Of a DNA stretch of 64,000 nucleotides, positions 50,366 to 60,387 are shown piece after piece. Each line of letters starts with the position of its first letter. Within the stretch, counting starts at the first letter, position 1. This stretch comes from an uncultured delta proteobacterium (GTDB lineage: Bacteria; Desulfobacterota; Syntrophia; Syntrophales; UBA2192), in contig CAVPJD010000011.1 in assembly GCA_963705165.1 (NCBI GenBank), positions 32,001 to 96,000 of the forward strand, in the 5' to 3' direction. A model generated the notes under the pieces. It did no database searches and was not told the DNA's origin. It saw only the letters and a program-made list of their open reading frames with translations. A program made the position numbers and the translations under genes.

Positions 50366-52345
50366 ATGAAGCGATTTTTGGAAAAGATTCAGGAAATGAG
50401 ATTTCTGCCGGTATTCGTCGTGCTCAGCATGGTGATCGGCATCGCCATCGGAAAGTGGTACGGCATATCGAATTTCGAGCTCACGCCCCCCATCGATGCC
50501 ATCAAATCCATCTTCCACGGGACCTATCAATTCAGTCTCGCCAACAGCCTCGCGCTGGGTGTCGTGATCGGGCTTTTCCTCATGATCTATCCCGCCATGA
50601 CCAACGTGAAGGTCGAGGACATGGGGAAGGCCGCCCGGTCGCCCAGGCAGCTTCTCATCGTGCTGTTTTTCAACTATCTCGTCGCGCCCTTTTTCATGCT
50701 TCTACTGGCCAAGGTATTTCTTGCGGGCGATCATGATCTCTACGTCGGCCTTGTTCTCTACGGGCTTGCGCCCTGCATCGCCATGGTCATTGTCTTCACC
50801 TTCCTCGCCCTGGGCAACAACGCGCTGGCCATCATCCTGGTGGCCATCAACTCCGTCTGCCAGATGCTCCTGATCCCGGTCTACGCGAAACTGCTGCTGG
50901 GGGAAGTGACCTTCGATGTCCTCGTCGTGGGCGAAAGCGTCCTTCTCTACCTGGGACTGCCTCTCGTAGCGGGATTTCTGACCCGCCGCATCGCGGTGAG
51001 CAGGCTGGGCGAAGAGGGCTTCAAGGAATTCAAAACCTACCTCGACTCCCTTTCGATCATCGGGCTTCTTTTCACGCTGATCGTCATGTTTGCCCTGAAA
51101 GGGGATCTGATCCTGGAGCGGCCCATGATCATTCTCCAGATGGCCGTCCCGATGACGATTTTTTTCTGGGTCATGTATGCCGTCGTTTACCTGACGAGCT
51201 GGAAGCTGGGCCTGAACTACAAGGACTCCGTGGCCGTCGCCTTCAACGCGACGGGAAGGGATTTCGAGATTGCCATCGCCATCGCCATCACAGCCTTCAG
51301 CCCGGCCGTGGCGCTCGCAACGGTCGTAGGCCCCCTGATCGAGGTGCCCATCATGCTGGCCCTGGTCTGGGCTTCAAGAAAATCCGAGGCGGTGCTGTTC
51401 AAAGAGATCCCCGCCGTCGTGCCGATCCTGGAGCGGCTGCCCGTATTCGGAAAGATCCTGTTCCCGACGGATTTCTCGCCTCACGCCCAAAAGATCATGG
51501 ATCTGATCCCGGAGCTGAAACGGGCGGGCCTGCAGGAAGCGGTATTCCTGCACGTCATCAACCCCATGAAAGCGACCCGATGGATCGGGGTCGACGAGAA
51601 ATTCGTGGAGCGAACGAGGGACGACGCCTACAAGAGGCTCAAGGGGGTATGCGATAGTCTTGCCTCCGCTCACGGCATTGCCGTAAAATGCCGGGTGCAA
51701 CTCGGCGTGACACACCAGGAGATTGCCCGCGTTGCGGACGAAGAAAAGGTGTCGCTCATCATCATGGGCTCCCATGGGCACGGCTATTTCAAGGGGGCCC
51801 TGCTCGGCAGCAACACCCAGAGCGTCATGCGGCAGGCAAAGATTCCCCTCCTGATCGAGCGTTTCCGGCGTGTCGAAAGCAAGGGAAAAGAAGACCTCGC
51901 TTTCGTCTCCGGCTCGCTATTCAGCAGGGTCCTTTACCCGACGGATTTTTCGCCGAATTCGCAACGGGCGCTGCAGGTGATTGAGCAGTTCCATAAGGAC
52001 ATGACGGAAGAGGTCGTGGTCCTCCATGTACAGGACACGAGGGTACTGGAGCCTCATCTGCAGGAAAAGATGGTCGAGTTCAACCGGGTCGATACGGAAC
52101 GCCTATCCGCTATCAAGGGCCGGCTCATTGCTCTCGGATACCGGGTCAGGACGATCCTGAAGACGGGAATTCCCTTCCGGGAGATCAATGCCATCGCCGA
52201 GGGGGAAAACGTCTCCCTGATCGTGATGAGCTCCCACGGCAAGAGCAACGTCAGGGAGGCCTACACGGGCAGTGAGACGGAATTCATCACCCTTCAGCAC
52301 GTCCGCCCTGTCATGGTCATCCCGAGGGATTGGGATGTGAAATGA
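50366..52345 (+). CDS. acr3: Acr3 arsenite efflux transporter fused to two USP domains
   Basis: MIYPAM, GLAPCIAMV, FEIAIA, GPLIEVP, then two IL(F/Y)PTDFS...SHG USP repeats in one reading frame. Confidence 0.88.
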   Translation: MKRFLEKIQEMRFLPVFVVLSMVIGIAIGKWYGISNFELTPPIDAIKSIFHGTYQFSLANSLALGVVIGLFLMIYPAMTNVKVEDMGKAARSPRQLLIVLFFNYLVAPFFMLLLAKVFLAGDHDLYVGLVLYGLAPCIAMVIVFTFLALGNNALAIILVAINSVCQMLLIPVYAKLLLGEVTFDVLVVGESVLLYLGLPLVAGFLTRRIAVSRLGEEGFKEFKTYLDSLSIIGLLFTLIVMFALKGDLILERPMIILQMAVPMTIFFWVMYAVVYLTSWKLGLNYKDSVAVAFNATGRDFEIAIAIAITAFSPAVALATVVGPLIEVPIMLALVWASRKSEAVLFKEIPAVVPILERLPVFGKILFPTDFSPHAQKIMDLIPELKRAGLQEAVFLHVINPMKATRWIGVDEKFVERTRDDAYKRLKGVCDSLASAHGIAVKCRVQLGVTHQEIARVADEEKVSLIIMGSHGHGYFKGALLGSNTQSVMRQAKIPLLIERFRRVESKGKEDLAFVSGSLFSRVLYPTDFSPNSQRALQVIEQFHKDMTEEVVVLHVQDTRVLEPHLQEKMVEFNRVDTERLSAIKGRLIALGYRVRTILKTGIPFREINAIAEGENVSLIVMSSHGKSNVREAYTGSETEFITLQHVRPVMVIPRDWDVK

Positions 52346-52406
52346 TCGTTGAGAGTGTGTCCACAGCGGCATCTGCCAAAATGCATAAAAACTTCATCGT
52401 GACATC

Positions 52407-52922
52407 ATGGCCAATAAAGACATCACGCAAATTGTCGTCAATCGCAACAAGATCGGCATCGTAGGGCTCATGGATGACGTGGAATCGATGGTGCCGCAAT
52501 TCTCAGGCAGGAGCGATGACGAGATCCAGGCCGAACTTCTACGCCGCCTTTCGGAGGCCAATTACGTCCCGCGAAAGCTTACGGAGGATTATGGACGCGC
52601 CTTGCTGCGGGAATACAAGAAAGTTCCGGGAATGCCCGTCGAAGAGTCGGAAGAGTCCTCAAGGGGGTTGGAGATCAGGATCCTGGGGCCCGGATGCGCC
52701 CACTGCGATATGATGATGAATGAGGTCATGAGCGTCCTCTCCGAGACGGGCCTGGCGGCAAACGTCGAGCACGTCACCGACGTCCGCGAGATCGTCCGAT
52801 ACGGGGTTATGGGATCGTCTGCCCTCGTGATCAGCGGCAGGGTCGTTTCGGTCGGCCAGGTTCCCGAACGTGGAAAGATCAAAAAGTGGATTGCGGAAGT
52901 CGACACAAACGGAAAAAAATGA
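52407..52922 (+). CDS. Thioredoxin_3-domain protein with an extra N-terminal domain
   Basis: IGIVGL...NYVP N-domain followed by LGPGCAHC. Confidence 0.8.
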   Translation: MANKDITQIVVNRNKIGIVGLMDDVESMVPQFSGRSDDEIQAELLRRLSEANYVPRKLTEDYGRALLREYKKVPGMPVEESEESSRGLEIRILGPGCAHCDMMMNEVMSVLSETGLAANVEHVTDVREIVRYGVMGSSALVISGRVVSVGQVPERGKIKKWIAEVDTNGKK

Positions 52923-53051
52923 CATGAAGGCACATCTGTTGCACCATAATCGGGTTTGCCGGGCTGTATTGTGGAGTTGAGAATCAGGATGAAAGAAGCC
53001 AACCGGCATGTGAGTTAAAGAAATTCTCAGATGTTATCAAGGAGTGAAAAC

Positions 53052-53447
53052 ATGAGGAAGAAGGTCACCGTTGTAACAATTATTTTAACCATCCTGATTT
53101 CCGTGGCGATCGATTACCTCACGCCGGCCTGCGCGAAGGATTTCAGCGCCGGCATGAAAATCCCCGTCAAGGGCATGGTCACGATACTCGACATCGGCGC
53201 CGCCAGCTGCATTCCCTGCAAGATGATGGCACCCATCCTGGAGAAGCTCGAGAAGAAATACGACGGCAAGGCAGCCGTCATATTTCTCGACGTCCGCTAT
53301 CACCGGGAAACGGCCATCAGTTTCGGCATTAATGGCATCCCGACGCAGATCTTCTATGACAAAAAAGGAAATGAAGTGCACCGGCACCTTGGCTATATGA
53401 GCGAGGACGCCATCGTGGCCCAGTTCAAGAAAATGGGCGTTGAATAA
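53052..53447 (+). CDS. Exported thioredoxin
   Basis: Signal/TM segment, CIPC, IPTQIF. Confidence 0.88.
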   Translation: MRKKVTVVTIILTILISVAIDYLTPACAKDFSAGMKIPVKGMVTILDIGAASCIPCKMMAPILEKLEKKYDGKAAVIFLDVRYHRETAISFGINGIPTQIFYDKKGNEVHRHLGYMSEDAIVAQFKKMGVE

Positions 53448-53482
53448 TCAGATGGACATTAAAAGACGAATGGGAGCAGCAT

Positions 53483-54187
53483 TTGGAAACGTTTTTCATC
53501 ACCATCAATGACTGGATGACCGGGACCATGGCCTTTGCCGTCCTGGGAAGCTTTTTGTGGGGTATGGTGAGCGTGCTCTTCAGCCCCTGCCACTTGGCCT
53601 CGATCCCGCTTATGGTGGCCTACGTGGCCGGACAGGAGAAGGCCGTCAATCCCAGGCAGGCAGTCGTCTATTCGGCCGCCTTCTCCATCGGGCTCTTCAT
53701 CACCATCGCCGCCATCGGTATTGCCTGCGCGCTTCTGGGCCGGATGCTGGGCGACGTTGGCAATTACTGGCAGATCCTGGTGGGGGCGATCCTGCTCTGG
53801 GTGGCTTTGGGGATGCTGGGCGTCGAGTCGTGCAGCTTCTCGGGCTCGATCCTGGCGCGTTTCACCATGAAGGGAATCCTCGGGGCCTTTGTCCTCGGCC
53901 TGGCCTACGGGTTTCTCTCGGGGTCCTGCACCTTCGGGTTCATCGCACCCATCCTGGCCATCGTCACGATCCAGGGGGAGGTCGCCGCGGGCATGGTCAT
54001 GATTGTGCTTTTCGCCATCGGCCACTGCCTGCCGATCATGGTGGCGGGAAGCTCCACGGCGCTGGTGCGAAAACTCCTCGAAAGCCACGCCTGGCAGGGC
54101 GCGGGAAGCTGGTTCCGAAGAGGCGCCGGCGTCGTCATCGGGTTCCTGGGCCTCTATTTCATCGCGAATCCATTTATCACGGGATAA
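53483..54187 (+). CDS. ccdA: CcdA/DsbD-type transmembrane electron carrier
   Basis: FSPCHL and GSCT Cys pair, about 6 TM. Confidence 0.82.
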   Translation: METFFITINDWMTGTMAFAVLGSFLWGMVSVLFSPCHLASIPLMVAYVAGQEKAVNPRQAVVYSAAFSIGLFITIAAIGIACALLGRMLGDVGNYWQILVGAILLWVALGMLGVESCSFSGSILARFTMKGILGAFVLGLAYGFLSGSCTFGFIAPILAIVTIQGEVAAGMVMIVLFAIGHCLPIMVAGSSTALVRKLLESHAWQGAGSWFRRGAGVVIGFLGLYFIANPFITG

Positions 54188-54221
54188 TCAAGCGAAAAAT
54201 AACCATCCACAGGAGGTCATC

Positions 54222-54467
54222 GTGAAAAAAACCATACAGATCCTTGGGCCGGGCTGCCCGAAGTGCAAGATACTGGCAGCGCAGGCCGAAATAGCGGCAA
54301 AAGAACTCGGGCTGGACTTCGAGATCGTGAAGGTGACGGACATCAAGGAGATCATGAAGTACGGGGTTCTGACGACGCCGGGCCTTGCCGTGGACGGCAA
54401 GGTGAAAGCCGTTGGCAAGATCTTGGATGCCAAGCAGATCAAGGACATCCTCCAGAAGGAAAATTGA
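54222..54467 (+). CDS. Small redox-active disulfide protein (MTH895 type)
   Basis: GTG start after AGGAGG; LGPGCPKC, GVLTTPGLAVDG. Confidence 0.88.
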   Translation: MKKTIQILGPGCPKCKILAAQAEIAAKELGLDFEIVKVTDIKEIMKYGVLTTPGLAVDGKVKAVGKILDAKQIKDILQKEN

Positions 54468-54521
54468 ATAGGGTCCCGTTCCCGCGGGACACCCCCGAAA
54501 ACCGCAGAAAGGTACCCTCCC

Positions 54522-55553
54522 ATGAACGTACTTACCTGGTTGAAACGCAACCGTACCACGCTGACGATCCTCCTGGCCGCCACAGGCATCGCCATCATGC
54601 TTCTCTACACGTACTGCGACACGGCCTGCTCCTACCTGAGGGGCGACATCCTGGGGATCGACCTCAAAGTCATCGGCATCGTGTACATGCTGCTGATCAT
54701 CGGGCTGACCATCGGAGGCGAGATGGGCGGGACGAGGATGCTGCTGGCCTCGGGACTCGGCGTGGAGGCTCATCTCTTCTACTTCCAGCACAAGGAAGAG
54801 GTGTACTGCCCCTTCTGCCTGGCCTTTGCGGTCACGCTGATTTCCGCCTTCGCGTTGAATCACGAAAAGCCCGCGGTCGCTCACAAGGGCCTCAGGGGTC
54901 GCGTGATCGGCATCCTGGGCGAGGCGGAGATCCCCTTCTTCACAAAGGTAAGGGTCCCTCTTCTGCTCATGACCATTCTGGGTTATCTGTTCATCACGCT
55001 CACCTTTTCGGGCTCCGTCACACCCGCCTACGGGGCGGACAAATCCCCCGTCCCGTCCTTCGGCAAGGGGCCCTGCCAGGTGATCGTCTTCACCGACTAT
55101 TTCTGCCCCCCCTGCCAGGGTCTGGAGCCGAACCTGGAGCCCATGCTCGAGAAGATTCATGCCAAGGGGCGCGCCGAGATCATCTTCGTCGACATGCCCA
55201 TCTACAAGGAGACGCCCCTTTATGCCCGATACTATCTCTACGCGGCCAACGCCAAAGGCGGTTTCAAGGACGTCATGGACGCCCGGCGGGCCCTGTTCTC
55301 GATTGCCCGCGGCAAGACCGTGAAGGACGAGGAGAGCCTGGCAAAGGCCCTGAAGGAGAAGGGTATCCCCTTCAAACCTTACGACCCAAAGCCCGTATTC
55401 AACGCCTGGAACGACATGATCCGCCAGCACAAGGTGCAGGGGACGCCCAGTTGCGTGATCAACGACTGCCGAGCGGGGATCAGCAACCACACGGGCGGGG
55501 ACGACATTATGCAGGCCCTGTCGCGGTTCATGATGAGGCCGAAGTCCTCCTGA
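54522..55553 (+). CDS. VKOR-like membrane domain fused to a DsbA-like thioredoxin
   Basis: CDTAC loop, YCPFC in TM, C-terminal DYFCPPC and GTP cis-Pro loop. Confidence 0.75.
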   Translation: MNVLTWLKRNRTTLTILLAATGIAIMLLYTYCDTACSYLRGDILGIDLKVIGIVYMLLIIGLTIGGEMGGTRMLLASGLGVEAHLFYFQHKEEVYCPFCLAFAVTLISAFALNHEKPAVAHKGLRGRVIGILGEAEIPFFTKVRVPLLLMTILGYLFITLTFSGSVTPAYGADKSPVPSFGKGPCQVIVFTDYFCPPCQGLEPNLEPMLEKIHAKGRAEIIFVDMPIYKETPLYARYYLYAANAKGGFKDVMDARRALFSIARGKTVKDEESLAKALKEKGIPFKPYDPKPVFNAWNDMIRQHKVQGTPSCVINDCRAGISNHTGGDDIMQALSRFMMRPKSS

Positions 55554-55571
55554 GAAAAGGTATTCTCGTTT

Positions 55572-55609
55572 CCCCTCCCTTGACGGGAGGGGATGAAGGG
55601 GAGGGTGAA
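55572..55609. repeat. REP-like palindrome
   Basis: cccctccc-ttgac-gggagggg...gagggtgaa, similar to units at 2465-2587. Confidence 0.5.
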
Positions 55610-55667
55610 TGATTGCGCCGGCGTCTGATAGGAAAAGAATGACCGAACCTGGAAGGAGGGTTTGACG

Positions 55668-56446
55668 ATGGCATACAAATCGATGGGGTTTATCGGTGGG
55701 GGACGGATCACGCGTATTTTTCTCGAAGCGCTGAACCGGAAGAAGATGCTCCCCGCAACGGTCGTCGTCAGCGACGCAAGCGGCGAGGTCCTGCAGAAGC
55801 TCAAGGAGAAATTCCTGAAAATTCAGACCGCTCAGGGCGACAACGCAAAAGCGGCGGGCCAGGACCTGGTCTTCCTCGCGCTTCATCCCCCGGCCATCGG
55901 GGGCGGACTCGCGGAGATCAAGGCAACGCTCAAGCCCGGGGCTGTTCTCGTCTCCCTGGCGCCCCGGTTCACGATCAAAGCGCTCTCGGAGGGACTCGGG
56001 AAGTTCGACCGGGTCGTGCGGATGATCCCGAATGCCCCGTCCATCGTGGGCGAGGGCTACAACCCCGTCGCCTTCGGCCCGGGAATTACAAAGAAGGAAA
56101 AAGAGGACCTCTCGAGGCTATTCAAGAAGCTGGGCGACTGCCCCGAGGTGGACGAGGAAAAACTCGAGGCTTATGCTATCATCACGGCGATGGGCCCCAC
56201 CTACCTGTGGTTCCAGCTCTTCGAGCTCTTCGACCTGGGCAAGTCCTTCGGCCTGACGGACAAGCAGGCCTGGAAGGGAATCAAGAAGATGCTCAAAGGC
56301 GCCCTCGAGACCGTCGACGAGTCGGGGCTGACCCCGAAGAGATCATGGACCTCATCCCCGTCAAGCCCTTGGGGGAGGACGAAGCAGCCATCCGCAACGC
56401 CTACCGGACAAAGCTCACCGGTCTCTACCAGAAACTCAAGGGCTGA
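55668..56446 (+). CDS. Pyrroline-5-carboxylate reductase-like NAD(P) oxidoreductase (frameshift near 56335)
   Basis: GFIGGG, RMIPNAP, AMGPTY; the C-terminus PEEIMDLIPVKP lies in a shifted frame. Confidence 0.78.
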
Positions 56447-56491
56447 ACAGGATGGCGCTCCGGCCATTCATATAACAGAAGGTGTTCCGCC

Positions 56492-56923
56492 ATGGAAAAG
56501 AAGAAAGTGCTTTTCGTATGCATCCATAACAGCGCACGCAGCCAGATGGCCGAGGCATGGATGAACCAAATCTGCGGCGATCGCTTCAAGGCCGAAAGCG
56601 CGGGCCTCGAGCCGGGGACCCTGAATCCACTTGCCGTGGCCGTCATGAAGGAAGTCGGGATCGACATTTCCGGGAAAGCGACGCGGAGCGTGTTCGACGT
56701 CCTGAAAGCGGGTACCCTTTTTTCTTATGTCATCACCGTCTGCGACGAGTCGGCGGCCGAGGCCTGTCCCATCTTCCCGGGGCCGGCAAAGCACGTGCAC
56801 CTGGGCTTCACGGACCCCTCGAGGGTCGAGGGCACCGAGGAGGAAAAGCTCGCGCGGGTCCGGGTGATCAGGGACGCCATCCGCCAGGCCGTCGAGGAGT
56901 TCTGCCGGCAGGAGCGTCCGTAG
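56492..56923 (+). CDS. arsC: Thioredoxin-coupled arsenate reductase (LMW-PTP fold)
   Basis: [24 protein letters not shown]. Confidence 0.93.
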   Translation: MEKKKVLFVCIHNSARSQMAEAWMNQICGDRFKAESAGLEPGTLNPLAVAVMKEVGIDISGKATRSVFDVLKAGTLFSYVITVCDESAAEACPIFPGPAKHVHLGFTDPSRVEGTEEEKLARVRVIRDAIRQAVEEFCRQERP

Positions 56924-56958
56924 GGTGCGCAGAAAAAAGATCTGATGGGAGAACACGA

Positions 56959-57478
56959 ATGGCCAGCGACATCGTGCAGGTTTCAATGGGTGATCGGTCC
57001 ATCGGGATCGTCGGTCTGAAGAAGGTGATGACCGATCTGGCCGTGACGGCTTCCGGCAAAACGGACGGAGAATGCCGGGAGATCCTCTATCGGGGCATTG
57101 CGGATCAGAACTACATCCCGCTGAAAATGGTGGAGGAGATACAAGGATGCCCTTCTGCTGGCGTTCAAGGTCTTTACCGGCCAGGCGGCGGAACCGGCAC
57201 CTGCCGGAGGCGTACGCATCCAGGTCCTGGGCCCGGGCTGCTTCAATTGCGACAGGATGACGCAGATCGTCCGCGAGGTGCTGGCCGAATTGAAGATCCC
57301 CGGAGATCTCTCCCATGTGACGGACCCCGTCGAAATCGCAAAATTCGGGGTTCTGGGCGTCCCGGCCCTCGTGATCAACGGACGAATCGTCTGCGTGGGG
57401 ACCGTCCCGGACCGCAACCGGGTCAGGCAGTGGTTGCTAGACATGAAGGCCTCGGGGGAGTGCAAGGCGGAGGCATGA
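56959..57478 (+). CDS. Paralog of 52407..52922 (frameshift near 57139)
   Basis: IGIVGL..NYIP, then after one extra A: YKDALL...LGPGCFNC. Confidence 0.75.
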
Positions 57479-57553
57479 CGGGATAAGGGCGAAACGGGAT
57501 TCCCTGGCGAAGCGGACGTGAATGAACGCAACGAGCCGGAAGGAGGCAGGATC

Positions 57554-58291
57554 ATGAACGCGCTGGTCATCATGGCAATCGGGCTATTCATCCTTTCCGT
57601 GGTCTCGGGAATGCTCGGCCTCGGCGTGGCCTTCTCCGCCGTCCCGTTCCTGGGGCTCTTTCTCCCGGATCTGGTTCACCAGGTGCAGCCCCTGAGCCTG
57701 CTGCTCAACGGGATCACGGCCCTCTTTGCCGTCTTCGGGTTCGCCCGGAGCGGACTGGTGGACTGGAAAAAGGCCATCACGCTTGCCGTGATCACGACCC
57801 TGACGGCGCCTGCGGGCGCTTACCTGGTCCAGTTTGTCGACCAGGTCTACGTCTGGTTTGCCTACCTGGCCTCGGTCCTCTACCTTTCCTACAGGCTGTT
57901 CCGGCCTGTGCACGAGCGGCCGGGGCAGGAGAACATCCGCCTCGCCTTCATTCTGGCCGTACCCATTTCCGTCCTGAGCGGGTTTCTGGGCATCGGTCCG
58001 GGCTTTCTCCTGATGCCGACCCTGATCATCGTAGGGTTCAACACCAAGATGGCCGCCGGAATCAACGCCTTCGCCGTCTGCCCGCCCTCCTTTTCGTCGC
58101 TCATCCCCCACATCGGGACGGCTCAATGGGATTTCAATCTGACCGTCACGCTGCTGATCGTCGGTGCTGCAGGCTCCTTTATCGGCGCAAGGCTCACGAG
58201 CCTCTACGTCCCGAGCGGGCGCCTGAAACAGATCTTCGGCGTCCTCATCGTGGTCATGACGGCCTACAAGATTTACACCCTGTTCCGTTGA
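57554..58291 (+). CDS. TauE/SafE-family exporter
   Basis: SGMLGLG, SGFLGIGPG, GA repeats, 8 TM. Confidence 0.85.
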   Translation: MNALVIMAIGLFILSVVSGMLGLGVAFSAVPFLGLFLPDLVHQVQPLSLLLNGITALFAVFGFARSGLVDWKKAITLAVITTLTAPAGAYLVQFVDQVYVWFAYLASVLYLSYRLFRPVHERPGQENIRLAFILAVPISVLSGFLGIGPGFLLMPTLIIVGFNTKMAAGINAFAVCPPSFSSLIPHIGTAQWDFNLTVTLLIVGAAGSFIGARLTSLYVPSGRLKQIFGVLIVVMTAYKIYTLFR

Positions 58292-58379
58292 AATCAGCCT
58301 CGGGACGATAGGGCAGCCGATTTCGGCTCTGAAAAACGCTCGTTTCATTCTGCAGCCTTTGAGCCGATGGTGTACTGCT

Positions 58380-59075
58380 ATGAGATCAAGAGCCATATCC
58401 AGGATAAACGCATTAAAAGTATTCGATGACGCTACGCGCAAATCCTATTACGGCTGTGATCAGGAGTGGTACGCTACAGAATGGCAGCGCCTTTCAGGAT
58501 GCGGGCCAACGGCTGTGTGCAATATCATCTGGTACTTGAGTCATATCCATCCAGATTTGGAACTGAACCTGAATTGCGTCAGCAAGGAAGCGTCCCTCTC
58601 CTTTTTAGAAGAACTCTGGGGCTTTGTCACGCCGACCGCCAACGGGATACCGACGACAAAGATGCTTTGCGAATCGGTCATGGGCTACACACAAGCAAAA
58701 AGGCTGGGCCTCAACTGCAGGGCGCTCGACATCCCTGAAGAGAAATCACGCCGTCCGCCGTTCATGGATATGGTTCGTTTCCTGGAAGATGGTCTGGGAC
58801 AAGACTCTCCCATTGCCTTTCTCAATTTGTGCAACGGCGGTGAAGTGAATCTGGAGCCATGGCATTGGGTTACAATAATCGCTTTGAACTGCATGGACGA
58901 TGGCACGCGGGCCACTATCGATATCCTCGATGAAGGTCGGGTCCAGAGAATTGATTTAAGGCTATGGTATGACTCAACGGTTCTCGGCGGGGGGTTCATA
59001 TTTTTTCATGCTGCTGGAAATGACACGGAAATATCCGGGAATTCCGGGCTGGGGGCACATCGGACATCGGGATAG
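58380..59075 (+). CDS. Papain-fold (C39-like) hypothetical protein
   Basis: Q..GCGPTA and WHWVTI Cys/His motifs. Confidence 0.6.
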   Translation: MRSRAISRINALKVFDDATRKSYYGCDQEWYATEWQRLSGCGPTAVCNIIWYLSHIHPDLELNLNCVSKEASLSFLEELWGFVTPTANGIPTTKMLCESVMGYTQAKRLGLNCRALDIPEEKSRRPPFMDMVRFLEDGLGQDSPIAFLNLCNGGEVNLEPWHWVTIIALNCMDDGTRATIDILDEGRVQRIDLRLWYDSTVLGGGFIFFHAAGNDTEISGNSGLGAHRTSG

Positions 59076-59270
59076 GCATGCAGGGGGACAATCGAACGCG
59101 GGAATGAGCGATCAATGGGTGTCAAGGGCGCGAAGGGGCAGTTTCCAGGATGCGAGCCGACGCCGGTCCCTCTTGCTTCCTGTAACCTGCAGTTTCCGAC
59201 GGTTGGCTTCTGCAGTTGCCTTCCCGATCAATGCTCCTTCTGATAACAGAAACTTTCATCGAGGTGCTGC

Positions 59271-60017
59271 ATGAAGATACGGATACTATGGATGCTGTTG
59301 CTTCTGATTTTGCCCGCAGTCCCCGCCGCGGCTGCGGACGATGTCTCGGGGATCTGCCTTCCGGCAACGGACGTCTCCGCCGAGTGGTATTTCCCGGAAT
59401 GGCTGGGAACGAGCCCCCATGCCCCCGTCTTCCAGGTGAGAGACACGGTGAACAAATACGGGCGTTATGCCCCGATGACAAAGACCGTCACGATCAAGGA
59501 CCTCATCAAGTATCACGGCCATTTCTGCGGAGGGCTCGTGGAAAGCGCCGCGGCCCTCAGGGTCGCCTTCGACAGGCTCTTCGCGGGCGGCATCGTCGAC
59601 CGCACGGACCTGCGCATCGTCTCCAACAACTCGGCCTGCGGCGGCGACGTGGCGGCCTACCTCACGGGGGCAAGGCTCCGCTTCGGCACCCATCACATCG
59701 ACAATGCGCTCACGGAGAGTGAGTTCTTCGTGCAGCAGGTCTCGACGGGCAGGACGATCCACGTCAAGCTCAACCCTGCCGTCTACCCGACGGAGGTCAA
59801 GACGCAGATGAGGAAAATCGAGTCGGGAACCTTCACCCCCGCCGACATCGATCGCTTCCAGGAGCTGCAGTGGGCCTACGCAAAGCGGATGGTCAACAGG
59901 CCGCTGGCGGAGTCCTTCCTCGTGAAGGAAATTTCCGGCTTCGCCTGGCCGGCGCCCGTTTGCAAGGACCTCGGCAAGAGAAGAGACAACGATTACAAAA
60001 ACGTGCCGCTGAAGTGA
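59271..60017 (+). CDS. Exported FmdE-family protein
   Basis: Signal peptide; YHGHFCGG and AC..D metal site. Confidence 0.75.
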   Translation: MKIRILWMLLLLILPAVPAAAADDVSGICLPATDVSAEWYFPEWLGTSPHAPVFQVRDTVNKYGRYAPMTKTVTIKDLIKYHGHFCGGLVESAAALRVAFDRLFAGGIVDRTDLRIVSNNSACGGDVAAYLTGARLRFGTHHIDNALTESEFFVQQVSTGRTIHVKLNPAVYPTEVKTQMRKIESGTFTPADIDRFQELQWAYAKRMVNRPLAESFLVKEISGFAWPAPVCKDLGKRRDNDYKNVPLK

Positions 60018-60085
60018 TCGAATCGGCCGGGACCTTCAATGCCGGGCAGAGCCATCGAAACGGAGCGGAGGAAAGGAGACACGTC

Positions 60086-60352
60086 ATGAAGGAAAAAATC
60101 GTCATCTACGGCACCAACTGGTGACCGCACTGCACAAAGGCCAGGATGGCCTATGGGGACAGGGCGGCCTACATCGATGTCGATGCCGACATCAAGGATC
60201 TGCAGAAAATGCTCGACCACTCGGGCGGGAAAATGGCCGTCCCCGTCGTCGTCGAGGGGGACAGGGTCACTGTCGGCTTCGGAGCGGAATCCGGCTTCGG
60301 CTTCACCTGAGCGGTCCAGTGGCCCCTCGTGGACGGGCTGAAGAAGCGTTGA
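60086..60352 (+). CDS. Glutaredoxin-like selenoprotein candidate with UGA at 60122 and possibly 60308
   Basis: AAGGAG RBS; IVIYGTNW-U-PHC...AVPVVV...VGFG; hairpins follow both UGAs. Confidence 0.8.
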
Positions 60353-60387
60353 GTTCGAGCAATTGAATGCAGAATTCGCTGTCTGTT

